From Macrostomum lignano (lineage: Eukaryota), in assembly GCA_002269645.1 (NCBI GenBank), contig NIVC01003569.1, forward strand, positions 1 to 64,000: 64,000 nucleotides of DNA, in the 5' to 3' direction. Below, in pieces: positions 34,710 through 47,128 of this stretch. The notes under the pieces are model-generated. The model did no database searches. It was not told the origin of the DNA and saw only the letters and a program-made list of their open reading frames with translations. The translations under genes and the position numbers were made by a program. Numbering within the stretch: the stretch's first letter is position 1; every line of letters begins with the position of its first letter.

Positions 34710-35075
34710 TATTGCACTGTGACAGCTGATTTTATATGTAAGGGCATTGTGTATGAATATGTTATAGTGACGTTAATCTAAGAGGATTTAGGTTGTTTTA
34801 TGGAAGGGGCTGGCTGACTGGTTTTTCCCCCTTATATAGTTAGATAAACAGGTGTAGGTATTGCATTGTGATAGCTGATTTTAGATTTAAGCGCATTAGG
34901 TTTAAATAGATTTTAGATGTTGATCTAAGGGGGATTAGGTTGTTTTATGGAAGGGGGTGGTTGACTAGTTTTTCCTGTTAGATCAGCGGCTGTTGGTATT
35001 GCATGGTGATGGTTGATTTTAGATGTAAGTGCATTGTGTATGAATAGATCTTAGTAGATGTTGATCTAAGGGGGA
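34710..35075. repeat. Diverged ~150-bp tandem repeat, ~3 copies
   Basis: TTGCA.TGTGA.AGCTGATTTTA.ATGTAAG.GCATT..GATCTAAG.GG..AGGTTGTTTTATGGAAGGGG recurs at ~34712, 34861 and 34998. Confidence 0.75.
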
Positions 35076-36111
35076 AAGGCTATATTTTTTGACAATCGGC
35101 AGGAGGAGTTCCACTCGTTTGAATATAATAATCTACCGTTAATTGCACTGACGCTGGTCACGATTTGATAAAGATTTGCGTTCAGTGTACACTTGCTTCA
35201 GTCTATAGTGTCTGAGAGCTAACCCTATCTGCCATAGCCAGCCCGGGGTCGTTTAGCCCGTGAGTTTCTTGCCTAAACAGTGCGCAATCAACAAATGCAC
35301 GGGTACATTGCCTAGCTATCTTGCGAGCCGAAACACGCGGACTGCCCCACGCACTCTATTGTGGCAGTTTACTGTTGGATGCTTGGGGCAGGGGTGTCTG
35401 CAGTTTACAATAAGTCGGAGTGGTTGGTTGTCTATTTGAGGAATGAGTGTGCAAGTTAAAGATGAAACTGAGGTATGCAGCCAGAAAGACTGCTTGCTTA
35501 GCTCGCATCTAGTGTCCTCATTGAGTTCTGAACCGTTGCTAGCATATCCGGGAGGAAATACAGCTGCTACTGCTATAACCAAGGTATTTATAAATTTCAA
35601 TATATGAGTGTAACAATTTGCAAGATTACATTTTCTTACTACATGTAGTAGGATTACTATTACTATTAAAAGTCCTGGGGACTTTTTGAGTTGATAGTGT
35701 AGATACTCGTAGATGTGGTCTTAGCGATCTAAGGCTGCAAATGGATCCGAATCTCGCTATTTCGGCATTTCGCACTGTCGAGATCGCTACGAGCTACATG
35801 TACGCACATGTATGATCTTTTCATTTAACATTTGATCTTTTGGAATTTATTGTAATGCTTGCACTATACAGCTCGTAGTTCACGTACATGTACGAGCTAT
35901 GCTGAAGATATCCTCGATCATTTCTACAAAACATTGCTCCTTGCAACCAGTTGTGTTCCTAAAAACATGCAAAACACGATTCGATTAAAACAGTGCACGT
36001 GATGTATACCCTTGTGATTTCCAAATTAGAAAGGCAAATAATAATGCACTTGTGGAGACAAACCCCTTTAAGTGTTAACAACGCCTCGCATAATTTTTTT
36101 CAGATTTTGAA

Positions 36112-37383
36112 ATGGCCGATGAGAACGAGTACGAGACTGATTGTGTAATTGTCCGGACTGAGAACATTGCTCTGCAGGACCATAGGCCTCCTTCAGACTG
36201 TGGTGCCAGAAAACAGCCAGATTGTCATGAGAATGTTGGTGCACAGACAGAGGGGAAAACTGAGAGGCAGCAAGTAGGCCCCACAATAGCTCCGGAATTG
36301 GAAAAGTGCAGCGACACCATCGTAGTGACCAGGCAACACCTAGAGGCGATGAGGCGTTACTACATGGCAGTAAAGAGTGCCTACTTTAATTACAGCACTC
36401 TTGATGCTGATTCGGCCCTAGTGTTACAAAAGTTGTTTGAACAGACTCCAGAAGTTCTCAGCACATCAAACAAACAGGGCTACAGTCCTATTGAGTCGGC
36501 ACTATCACAGAAAAAGTGGACAGCAGCCACGCACCTGCTGGATTTGGCCGCTCGCAAGAATCCCAGGGCCTTGCAGCATCGCACAGCCACTGGGGATGAT
36601 GCCCTGATGCTGGCGGTGACTGGCGGGGGAGAGAACGTCGTGGAAAAACTCATCAACCTGGGTTGCGGCAGTTTTGCTTGCATGCACTACAATGCGAGCG
36701 GTAGAAATGTACTACACATGTGCGCCCTCGGTTCCAGTGACACAATCCTTCATAAGATCCTTGCTTCGCTAAGCGATCTGCTGAAAAGTCAGCAGCTTGC
36801 GCCAAAATGCGTCACTGCGGCTCTGTGCACCAGCGACTGCGACGGTTGCACGCCGCTACATTACATGGCCCGCGAAAATCGAGTCAGCATGCAGAAGGCT
36901 GTGCACCAGTTCGCCCAGCAAAACCTCCTGCGGTTCGATTGGGATGTCCGCCAAACCACTGGCGACCGCCTGACGCCCCTTGCGATGGCCGCCAGAGTAA
37001 ATGCGGTGGACGCCTGCCGCTTTCTGCTGCAGCAAGGCCTGGTCGGCATCGACCTGAATGATCACATTGACCTGTGGCTTCAGGTGACGCTCAGTGACTC
37101 AGCCAGATCCTTGCTTGGCAGGCATTGCAAGCTGCTGGAACCAATTAATGACCTGCCACCAGAGAACCTTCAAAAATTGCAGGATGGACTGCAGCAGAAA
37201 GGACTTACAGACGAGTTCTTATTGCAATTGCGGACTCACTGGCCTGACCTGCCCCAGCTTCCAACCGTAAGCACCGTGTTGCTTGTGAGTCAGAACTACT
37301 GCAGCTCTTGTCGTCTGGTGGCCTGGGACATACTGAAGAGCCTGGGCGCTGCTGATCTTGCCGAGTTATTGGAGGGGCGATGA
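36112..37383 (+). CDS. Intronless ankyrin-repeat protein with C-terminal death-domain-like region (423 aa)
   Basis: Ankyrin-like units GYSPIESAL, GDDALMLAV, GRNVLHMCA, GCTPLHYMA, LTPLAMAA. The C-terminal W..PTVSTVL..LKSLGAADLAELL pattern resembles death-domain helices 5-6. Confidence 0.75.
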   Translation: MADENEYETDCVIVRTENIALQDHRPPSDCGARKQPDCHENVGAQTEGKTERQQVGPTIAPELEKCSDTIVVTRQHLEAMRRYYMAVKSAYFNYSTLDADSALVLQKLFEQTPEVLSTSNKQGYSPIESALSQKKWTAATHLLDLAARKNPRALQHRTATGDDALMLAVTGGGENVVEKLINLGCGSFACMHYNASGRNVLHMCALGSSDTILHKILASLSDLLKSQQLAPKCVTAALCTSDCDGCTPLHYMARENRVSMQKAVHQFAQQNLLRFDWDVRQTTGDRLTPLAMAARVNAVDACRFLLQQGLVGIDLNDHIDLWLQVTLSDSARSLLGRHCKLLEPINDLPPENLQKLQDGLQQKGLTDEFLLQLRTHWPDLPQLPTVSTVLLVSQNYCSSCRLVAWDILKSLGAADLAELLEGR

Positions 37384-39670
37384 ACATCCGTTTGCGAATT
37401 CGATAATTGACTGAATTGATGATTGAACTGTCTGTAAAAGTTTTGAAGTTATGCGTGTGAAAACCCCAAGTTCTATTAATATTTTAACGTTTCTTTAATC
37501 AACATTAATTAAAAATTAATTAAGCAAATTTTTTATTTAGAATTTGAACTAACTTATCAATTTACTTGTGTTTTATTCGGCGCATGCACACGAGTGTGGT
37601 TGTCGACCGTGGGCATGTTTTCCAGCTTGTATGCACAAAAACCACAGAAATTTGTTATTGTCTCAATGCGAGCAAGCTTCAGTAAAGTAATAAACTTGGA
37701 TTGATTTCAGACAAAATTCACTGTCATGCAGTGCAATAAACAGTTTTTTAACACCAGTTAAAAATCAATGCAACAATAGATGTCAGCTTTTTTCGTACAG
37801 CCGACTTAGTATAGGCAATTAAGCAAAGCTGCCTTTGCTGCCGGTCGTTCATGGACCTCTGGAAGCACTGACGGGAGCCTATAAATCCCTTAAGTCCCTT
37901 AATCAATCACAGATTAATAAATTAGAAAGACACAACATGGCGCAAATCATGAATACTTTTGAGGGCTGATTATTTAAAACAGTCCCGCACAGCAATCCGA
38001 CGTTCCCGAGGTCTATATCGAGGTCGTCACGTCAATGACAAATAGGCTCGTATGTGCTTTTACATTACATCGACGTGTATAACGACGTCATACGTCAGCT
38101 GAACGTCGGCGTAATGTAAAAGGTGCATGTTTTTCATCGACATCGAGAGACGTCGAGAACATCGGCCTACATGTACGAGTATCTTGGCTATAGATGTGCA
38201 TTAATTTGTAGAATGCGCAAATTAGTAAAATATATTAATATTGTAATTTTAAACTTTACAACTTTACAAAGCCGAGGCCAGCTACGGACTCTAGCTAGAC
38301 GGACACTCTCGAATTAGTAAGTTGACGCAGTGCATCCTGGCCTGCTGAGACCCCGATTCGCGCCCTCTCTCGTAGCAACTAAATGTCAGCGCATTTTTGT
38401 TCTTTTCTACGGCGTCGAAATTAATACTCAGCTCTAAAAGGCTTTGGTACGAGTAGTGTATCTTGCTGTATGATTAACATATGATTCTTCGTTGCTCCAG
38501 TGGAGAAGACTTCGTCAGCGCAATTCGACATTTATGTTCCACGTGGAGTAACGTGTACAATCTGCGCTTTCCTTCTAAACCAATTAAGGGACGCTTCTTG
38601 CTGTGCTTGTGTCTCTCAGGAAGAAGGAATCCATCTCTAATTCATCAAATTATTCGTGGCTCGCTGGGAAGCTCCAGACCTCTGGCACTGAGACCCCGGT
38701 TCGTCATACATGGCTGCTTGTTTCCTTTGGTCTTCCTTGGCGCATTTTCGATCCGCTCCGATCGTCGCCAGACGCCAGTTGATGTTTTAAATAAGGAATT
38801 TTTTATAGATAAGTGTCCAAGTACATGTAATATAGCTGGAGAAGTACATGTAGATGCTCCCGGCTGGGCCAGTTCTTTCAGCAGAGAGGGGCTAATATGG
38901 TATATGCCATACATTAGTACATGTACGTCAGTAAGCCACGTACGTACAGTACGTTGCAATACATAACATGTAAGTATATGAACATTATGAAATGCATAGA
39001 ATGCCGTCATATTTGCGAAGGGTGGCCGCCAATATTTGTTCTAATGTAGCCTATAAGAATTCCTGTTCCCACACGTATGCTCTTCAGAGTTTTAAATAAA
39101 AAGGACAGACAGTAGTGTAGAGGCGCTCGCTTTACTCTTTTCTCTCACCCGCCTCTGCGGGCCCAAAGGAGCGATGGCCATTGCCTCGGCTGGGCTGTAG
39201 AACTTCAGCAGCCTACTGGGCCCCGAAATACCGTGCTTTGAATGTTCAATCTTTGCTATCCGACGTGAGCAGAAGGTGCAGGCAGGACGCAAAATCCTAC
39301 CTGTTACAAAGATACATGTACATGCGCGTACAATTTCGTATGATACCTTATTTGTTTTTTTTCAAAAATTACATGAATGCCGCGCGTTTCTCGCAAGGGG
39401 CGTTTATATAAGTGGTCCAGAAGCTCAATTTTCAAAAGGAAATTTCTGCAAGAAAATAAAGCGGAACTTAAATTGCCGTTTGAATAATAATAATCACGAA
39501 ATATTACAAGAAAAGAATTCCATTTGCGAAATCACCTTTTATTTCTATTACTCCTTTTACTTTTACTCTTGTAAATGTCGAAAAATCGTTCTTTTATATA
39601 CAAGTAGCTACAAGGAAATGAAATTTAGTTACAATTCTATAATGTAATTTGTCTACACTAGGCCACTCTC

Positions 39671-39903
<233 letters not shown>

Positions 39904-41645
39904 CCGGCATGACGTTCAGACTCTAACCAAATTGATTTGTCTCAACATACTATAACAAACCGTATAAAACATTTCTCCATTAATTTTTTATTTACCTCTG
40001 AGGCATATTTCTTCTGACAAAAGTAAATAAGTATTTTGTCACTAGAGTCTTAAGACCTATTTCAACGAATTATACATTTTGTGTTTCCTGCTGCTATCCA
40101 CTAATATTCAAGTATTCATAAAGGAAAAATTTAAGAGGTAGATTATGCGATTCTACACGATTCAGTACGCGATTTGCAGAGATTGCCCTTTTAGTGTAGG
40201 CAAATCACAAAAATTGTGTTCACTGTAGCTAGGCCTCTGACTATTAGTATATAAGTACATTATATATATATATATATGCTCGTATAGTATAGTGACAGTC
40301 GCAGCTAGAATTTTTAGGTGGGGTCACCCGACCCAGTTGTAATAAAAATAGCTGCATGTAATAATAATAAAATGATGCGAAATAAAAAACTACATTTCGA
40401 GCCTGTACTGTGCCCCTTGGCTACACCACCTATGATATAGTTAATGATCTTTGGTCTACTTTTCTTTAACTGTTGATGAAATTATTGTATTGGATTTGAA
40501 TCAGTGCAAATGAATTCATATATACTATATGTCTGAGTTTGAAAGAATGAATAGCCTTATCAATCCATTAACATTAGTAACTCGTATTTGAATTATTTAA
40601 ATTATAAAAACTAGATCCAGTTTTAATAGAATTATTCAAAACTTTGTTCCTATAAGGTTTGTTTAGGGTACTAAGCTCAAATTCAAGCTTCATTTCTATG
40701 TAGCATAGGGAACCACCAGCACCAGTGCATGGGAATATAAATAACTACTAAGATACTATACATTGATTAGGATATAATATTAGATATTATTATCGAATAA
40801 CTATTTATTCTTCATTACTAATAGTTAATAAGTTAATAATATACATACAGACAACTCATTTTTAGTATACAGGATGATTCATCTATTGATGATAAATACA
40901 TAGTAAAATTTGTATACTATGTATAGTAATAGTAATATTTGTATATTATATGTGCTATAATAATACAAGAGCCTCAAAGGTGTATATAAAATGCAATGAA
41001 TGCCCCAGTTTGTATTATAACCTATTTTATAACCATAATACATATAACCATATAATTTCCTCTCTATAATTATTTATTTGCTCCATCTATAATTAGTGAC
41101 ATTTAAGTTAGAAATTATAGATATTTTTATACTTACTATATTTTTGTATCTATTTGGTATTTATTTTTTAATTAATTTCCTATTACTTACTGGTATTGAT
41201 TTCAATTTTAAAGATTATTTAAATGGATAAAAATATTTACTTTTCTAAAATGAAAAACAATTTTCTTTGTACTGAGGTTAGGCCTATTCTTTTATTGAGT
41301 TAAATTTGCAGCTTTGCTTATAAGCTTAAATTTTTATTCATATAATCCTGTTCTCGTTATTGTCTATTATAATTGTTTTCATAATTGTTTTTACAATTCT
41401 AGTTTTATAACCAATATCAATTTTATCAATTTTATAACCAATTGCCAGATCTATTTAGCAAAAAATAAATTTTCAGTACTCAAAAATGATAGTATATAAG
41501 TATAAATCTGCTTAAAAAAATTTTTCTGTGTGAATCATTTCATATAAATGTTGGTAAAAAAGTTTCTATATTGTTGGTACATAATTTTTTTAAATGCATG
41601 TTACCATGTTTTCTCTATTAATAGTTTGATTGATTGGCAGAAGTT

Positions 41646-44600
41646 ATGTTGAAGTGTTTTGAAAAAATACTAACATTCATTGGTCTGAAAAGACCTATGT
41701 ATGAAGAGTTCAGAACTATCTATGTCAACCACAAGCAGCTACAATCAAAGGATCAGTTTCATGAGGAAAAATATTCTTCTAACCATGTTGTTACTTCCCG
41801 TTACACAGCACTCAACTTTTTGATAAAAAATCTACTGGAACAGTTCAGCCGCGTTGCTAACTTTTATTTTCTGATTATTTCTGTTGTTCAGCTTGGCATT
41901 GATTCACCAGTTAGCCCCGCATCTTCATTTTTGCCTCTGGTCTGCGTTATGGGCGCCACAGCCATCAAGCAGGCATATGAAGACATCTTGCGACACAGGG
42001 CAGATGACAAAGTTAATAATGCGCTTGTTAAAGTCATTAGAGATGAAGCTTTGGTTGACGTGAAGGCTTTTCAAATCCGAGTTGGAGATGTCGTTCGAAT
42101 TCACAAAGATGAAAGTTTTCCTTGCGATCTTGTACTGCTTTCATCATCAGAAGATAGTGGTAAGTTTTCTGACTTAAAAAATAAGCAAAACGCTAGATAA
42201 AGTATGCTCGTACGTTGCCTTATACAAGCTACATATAGCTACTGTATTTACCCATACTAGCTCGTATCTAAAACATTAGTCGGTGAATTTGAAAATAAAC
42301 TAAAACGGATAGAGATAGGATAATATTTATTAAGTATTTTTCATTTTTTAGCGACCAAAAACAAAAAAGCATACTTTTCTCATACGAGTATTTTGTCACG
42401 CTTCACTTTTTAGGGGAATGCAACATAACGACGGCCAATTTGGACGGAGAGACAAATCTAAAAACAGTATACTCTGTTGAACCAACCAAACCAATGCGAT
42501 CTGCCTCCAGCATCTGTAAAAGCCTTCGTGCTCGAATCACATGCGAACAGCCAACCACCGACCTGTACAAATTTAAGGGTAACATGGTTGTCAGGCACAA
42601 GTCTAGACCATATGATAAGGTGACACTAAGTGTGAAAAATTTGCTACTTCGAGGCGCAGTGCTGCGGAACACAGAATACGCCATTGGAGTGGCAGTTTAC
42701 ACTGGACAGGAAACCAAAATGCAGCTTAATTCCCAGCACGTTCGACCAAAGAAATCTGTAATTGAGCGGCGACTTGACAAATTCCTTCTGTTTTTTATGA
42801 TAGCCCTGCTGATTGAGTCAATATTTTGCACTGCGATGAAATGGGGATACGCCACTTTGGACGGCACTGTCACAGGGGCATGGTACGTTTCTGCTGAAAC
42901 CGCAACGCCCTGGAGAGTTATCCAAGATTTATTGGGCTTCATAGTTTTGTTTAACTACTTGATTCCGATCTCACTGTATGTGACAATTGAGCTACAAAAG
43001 TTTATCGGCTCTATTTTCTTCGGGTTTGACTTGGATATGTACTTTGAAGACCCCGAAACTGGAGAAAAACTCCGTGCAAAGGCGAACACATCTGATCTGA
43101 ATGAAGAACTGGGTCAAGTGCAGTATCTATTCTCAGATAAGACTGGAACATTGACAGAAAATAAAATGACATTCAGGAAATGCTCCATAGGCAAGCGCAC
43201 GTTCTGCGATGACAACGGTGAATTATGGGAGACAGAAGGCTGTGGTGGGCGCAAGCTGAGTCGTCGAGAGACTCTGGATGGTCAAGAACTTTTGTTTTTT
43301 ACAATTCTAGCGCTTTGCCACACTATACGAGTAGAGCGGCCCAAGTCTTTTGACAGGGACTCGGCGGCATTAGCTCCGAATGATCGCAGGTACACGGCGT
43401 CCGAAGCGGAAGTCTACACGTACCAGGCAAGTTCGCCGGATGAGAAAGCATTCGCGGAAGCAGCTCGAAACTATGGAGTAATATTTCATGGCACTGAAAG
43501 TGGTGTCAGCATCCTTAGCGTGACTAGTGACGGCGAAGAGGTTATTCATCGGTATCGAATTCTGCATGTACTTGAGTTCGATTCGGATCGCAAGTGCATG
43601 TCTGTTATACTGCAGCGGTCCAATGGGACCTACTGGTTACTGACTAAAGGAGCTGAGAGCTCTATGCTAGAGAAGTGCTCGACTGGAGATCGGGACTCAG
43701 TTGTGCAATACTCTGGTGAATTGGCCCTTGAAGGCCTTCGAGTTTTGGTCATAGCTCACAAAGAGCTAACGGAAGAGGAGTATCGTCAGATGAGTTTACA
43801 GTTGCTCAGTGCGGAGCAAGACGTTGCCAACAGAGAAGAAAGACTAATTGAAGCGTATAAGTGAGTAATATCAGATGAAATGTATTGCGATTTATTCTTA
43901 AGCTCATTTGTTCTTTTGTCAAAACGCTCAACTTCTATTATAAAACTATTTCTGCAAGTTCTCTACTTAAACTTTAAAACATCTATCCTATCTTATCAGG
44001 TCAGTGGAGTGCAATCTTGAAGCTGTGGGCTTGACTGCCATAGAAGATGAACTACAGTCTGGTGTGTGCGAGACCATTACCGCTCTACGTGACGCAGGTA
44101 TTCAAGTTTGGGTGCTCACTGGAGACAAGCGTGAGACAGCGGAAAACATAAGCTTATCTGCCGGGCACTTTACCGAGTCAATGCAACGCATCCGCATCAT
44201 CGACCAGCAGTCAGCTGAGGGATGCCGTGAGAGTTTGCGTTGTGGCCTTGAAGAGATTGAAACAGGTGGCTCCCCACTTTCAGTTCAATATTGTGTTGTA
44301 GTTGATGGCCAATCATTACAGTTTCTTGTGGCCAACGAGTATTCTGAACTAAAGGACTCATTCCTTGAACTCTGTCGCAGAACTTCCGCAGTCTTGTGCT
44401 GCCGCTGCACTCCATTGCAAAAAGCAAGAGTTGTTTCCATGGTTAGAAATGGAATAAAGCCAGAGCCAACCACTTGTGCCATCGGTGACGGCGCGAACGA
44501 TGTTTCTATGATTCGCGAGGCTCATGTTGGCATTGGAATCTTCGGCAAGGAAGGCCGTGCTGCCGCTCTTAATTCGGACTATTGCTTTGCTAAGTTTAGA

Positions 44601-45419
44601 TTTTCTCGCAACGCTCTCCTGTTCCACGGACATCTCTACTATGTCCGTCTTGCAGTTCTTGTCTTGTTTTTCTTCTACAAGAATGTTGCCTTTATTACTG
44701 CGGAGCTCTACTACGCGTTTTTCTCAGCTTTTACCGCTCAGTCAGTTTACGACACATTGTTCCTGACCATCTACAATATGACTATGACGGCACTACCCGT
44801 GCTGCTATATGGGCTTTTTGAGCAACATTTACCGCGACACCGGCTAGAGTCAGAGCCAAGCCTGTATAGGAACATCGCGCAGAACAGAAAACTTTGGTGG
44901 AGAGAACTGGGCGGCTGGTGCACAATTGGTCTGTGGCATTCCGTTTGTTGTTTTTTCGGAGTTGCTGCCGTGTTCTTAGTTAATGATTGGGTCGGCACCA
45001 ATGGATTCGTTTTTGACGTTTACGCTTTTGGAACTGTAGTAGTGTATTGTGTGCTAGCCTGCGTTACAGCACGAATTCTAATTGTGACATTCAGTTTTAA
45101 TGTGCCTGCTCTAATCGGCTTGCTGGTAACAGCTATTGGATTCGTCCTAGTTTTGTGCATCTACAGTGTATCAACCGTGACCCTTCTGTCAAACCATCTC
45201 ACCTTTTTATGGGCTTATTTTGATATAAGCCTTCAACCAATTTCCTGGCTTCTGCTTCTGTGTGTCTCAGTGCTGGCTCTGACCCCCGACATCATATTGC
45301 GTAGCATGCAAGACATTCGCACTGACCGGTTGCTTAGGAGGCGTGGAACTGCTGGAGAGCTACCGGTACGTTTCAAAAATATTTTATCTAGTCGTTTGTT
45401 TTACCTTTGTGGCAACTGA
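41646..45419 (+). CDS. ATP11: P4-type ATPase phospholipid flippase, ATP11-like; exons 41646-42159, 42414-43860, 44000-45419
   Basis: RTIYV N-terminus, YTALNF..EQFSRVANFYF, LDGETNLK, IPISLYVTIE, SDKTGTLTENKM, ASSPDEKA, TGDKRETA, IGDGANDVSMI. GT-AG introns with consistent phases give 1126 aa. A further donor at 45366 could add a 3' exon. Confidence 0.95.
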
Positions 45420-45869
45420 CATCATTGCTTGGGGACTGCTTAAGAAATAATATACACTCATCAAAATGTTACAATTTCCACCCCAAAACTAGTGGTCAAC
45501 TTTTCTCAGATCTTAGCCCTCAAGTGACGCAATTCACACCATGCCCGCGGTTGTCGTCTTAACTGTTGGTGATGCAGGCCCTAGCCAGGGAAGCCTCTTT
45601 GTTCGCTTCGCTCACCAGGAAGCGACACTCACATGGCCCCTCCCCACCTCCTCTACAAGTTTAGTCTCGTTTTGGGAACTTGGGAAGCAAAGAATTTTTG
45701 TCCTTCGTTTACTGTACACTGAATACTCATATCTTTTCTATGTTATGCCTATATCTTCTCGTGCAGGATATCATTTAGGCAGCAAAAAACAACTGATATC
45801 AACTCACTCTGAGCAATTCTCTGATTTTCTAAACTCTAATTTTTTAATCGAACATTTGCATAATACATC

Positions 45870-47128
45870 ATGGGATACAAGTGCTGTGTTCCAGCTTGTG
45901 TTACTAATTTGCCTCGATATAAGAAGGACCCGACTGTTTCCATCCACAAGTTTCCTTCTATCAAGAATCTGGATCTGCTGAACAAGTGGATCGCTACAAT
46001 TCCTCGACAATGAACTGAGGCCGAGCTGTGTAAGCTGCGGTCTGACCCAAGTCACAACTATCGGGTTTGCTCTATTGCTACTGCTAAGCTGAAAAACCGG
46101 CGTCTGACAGATGATGCTGTGCCGTGCATCTTCCCGAATGTTGCATCCTACTTGAGCAAGGCCGTCCTGGAAGAGAGGCAAACCGCGGTTTGTACATCGG
46201 CTGAGAGCCGTCGAGAGAACGACATTCAGCGTTGCGAGGTAGAAGCAGAGGAGCTTCTACAAAAGGATGTGATTTCTGACTTCCACGCTATTGGGTCATA
46301 CGATCTACCAGATCGTAAGGTGCTCTCTAAGGTGCTTTTTCAAGGTGATCTCTGAATCGAGTGTAACCTTTTTTACAACTAGAATGTCCGGTGCCGGCAA
46401 CTTGGAGATCGCCACATTGCTGAATGTTGGCCAAGAGCTGCTGTTTGAGGTCACAGTTGGTGGTGATAAGCAAGCCTCTTTTGCTGGAGATCTGGTAGCT
46501 GATGGCAGTCTTAAAACCTTTGCCCAACTTGAAAACATCCTAGCTAGGCTAAAAAATGTCCGTTTGGAAGATTGCCGGCATGGCTATAAGGAGCACCTCT
46601 TACTAGCTCAGGAGGCAGTCACGAAAGCTATCACCGACTTGTCAGCTAAGATTGAAGTCAAGAGTGATCAAGAGCTGGATACATCCATTGAGGAGGCTGC
46701 TTTTGCTAAACTGAATTTTCTTGTCGAGCAGCTAAGCTTTTCGAGTTTGAAGAAGGGGAAGCTAACATACTCCAGCGAGCTACTTGCTTTTTCATACCTT
46801 TTTCATACCTGTTGCAGCACCACAGCCCATCAGCGTACAATTTCATTCAGAAATCCAACACAGTCAACCTCCCAAGTGTTAGGCATCTGCAGAGGCTTTC
46901 TTCCGGGTTGAGCAATGACCCTGACATCAAGGCTACCGAAGATTATCTCAAGCTAAAATTTTACAGCCTGTCTGAGTCTGAGAGGGTAGTGCTTCTTGAA
47001 ATCGACGAAATTTATTCGTCGAAGCGAATGGAATTCAGTGGAGGCAAGGTATTTGGCACTGACTCAGAAACCGATGAGCTTGCCAAACTGTGTGCGCTTT
47101 TTCGATCAAGTCGCTGCATGGAGACTTC
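45870..47128 (+). pseudogene. THAP domain and N-terminal P-type transposase
   Basis: MGYKCCVPAC..IHKFP..W..IPR..RVCS..DAVPCIF, then SPSAY..NLPSVRHL..LEIDEIY. Contains stops and frameshifts. Confidence 0.85.

Noticed and set aside
35316-35600. Small secreted protein ORF (MKFINTLVIAVAAV..)
   Set aside because: Starts at TTG rather than ATG, and has no recognisable domain or splice support.
40700-41600. Very AT-rich tract as a mitochondrial insertion
   Set aside because: No mitochondrial gene, rRNA or tRNA motif recognised. More likely the upstream intron or intergenic region of ATP11.
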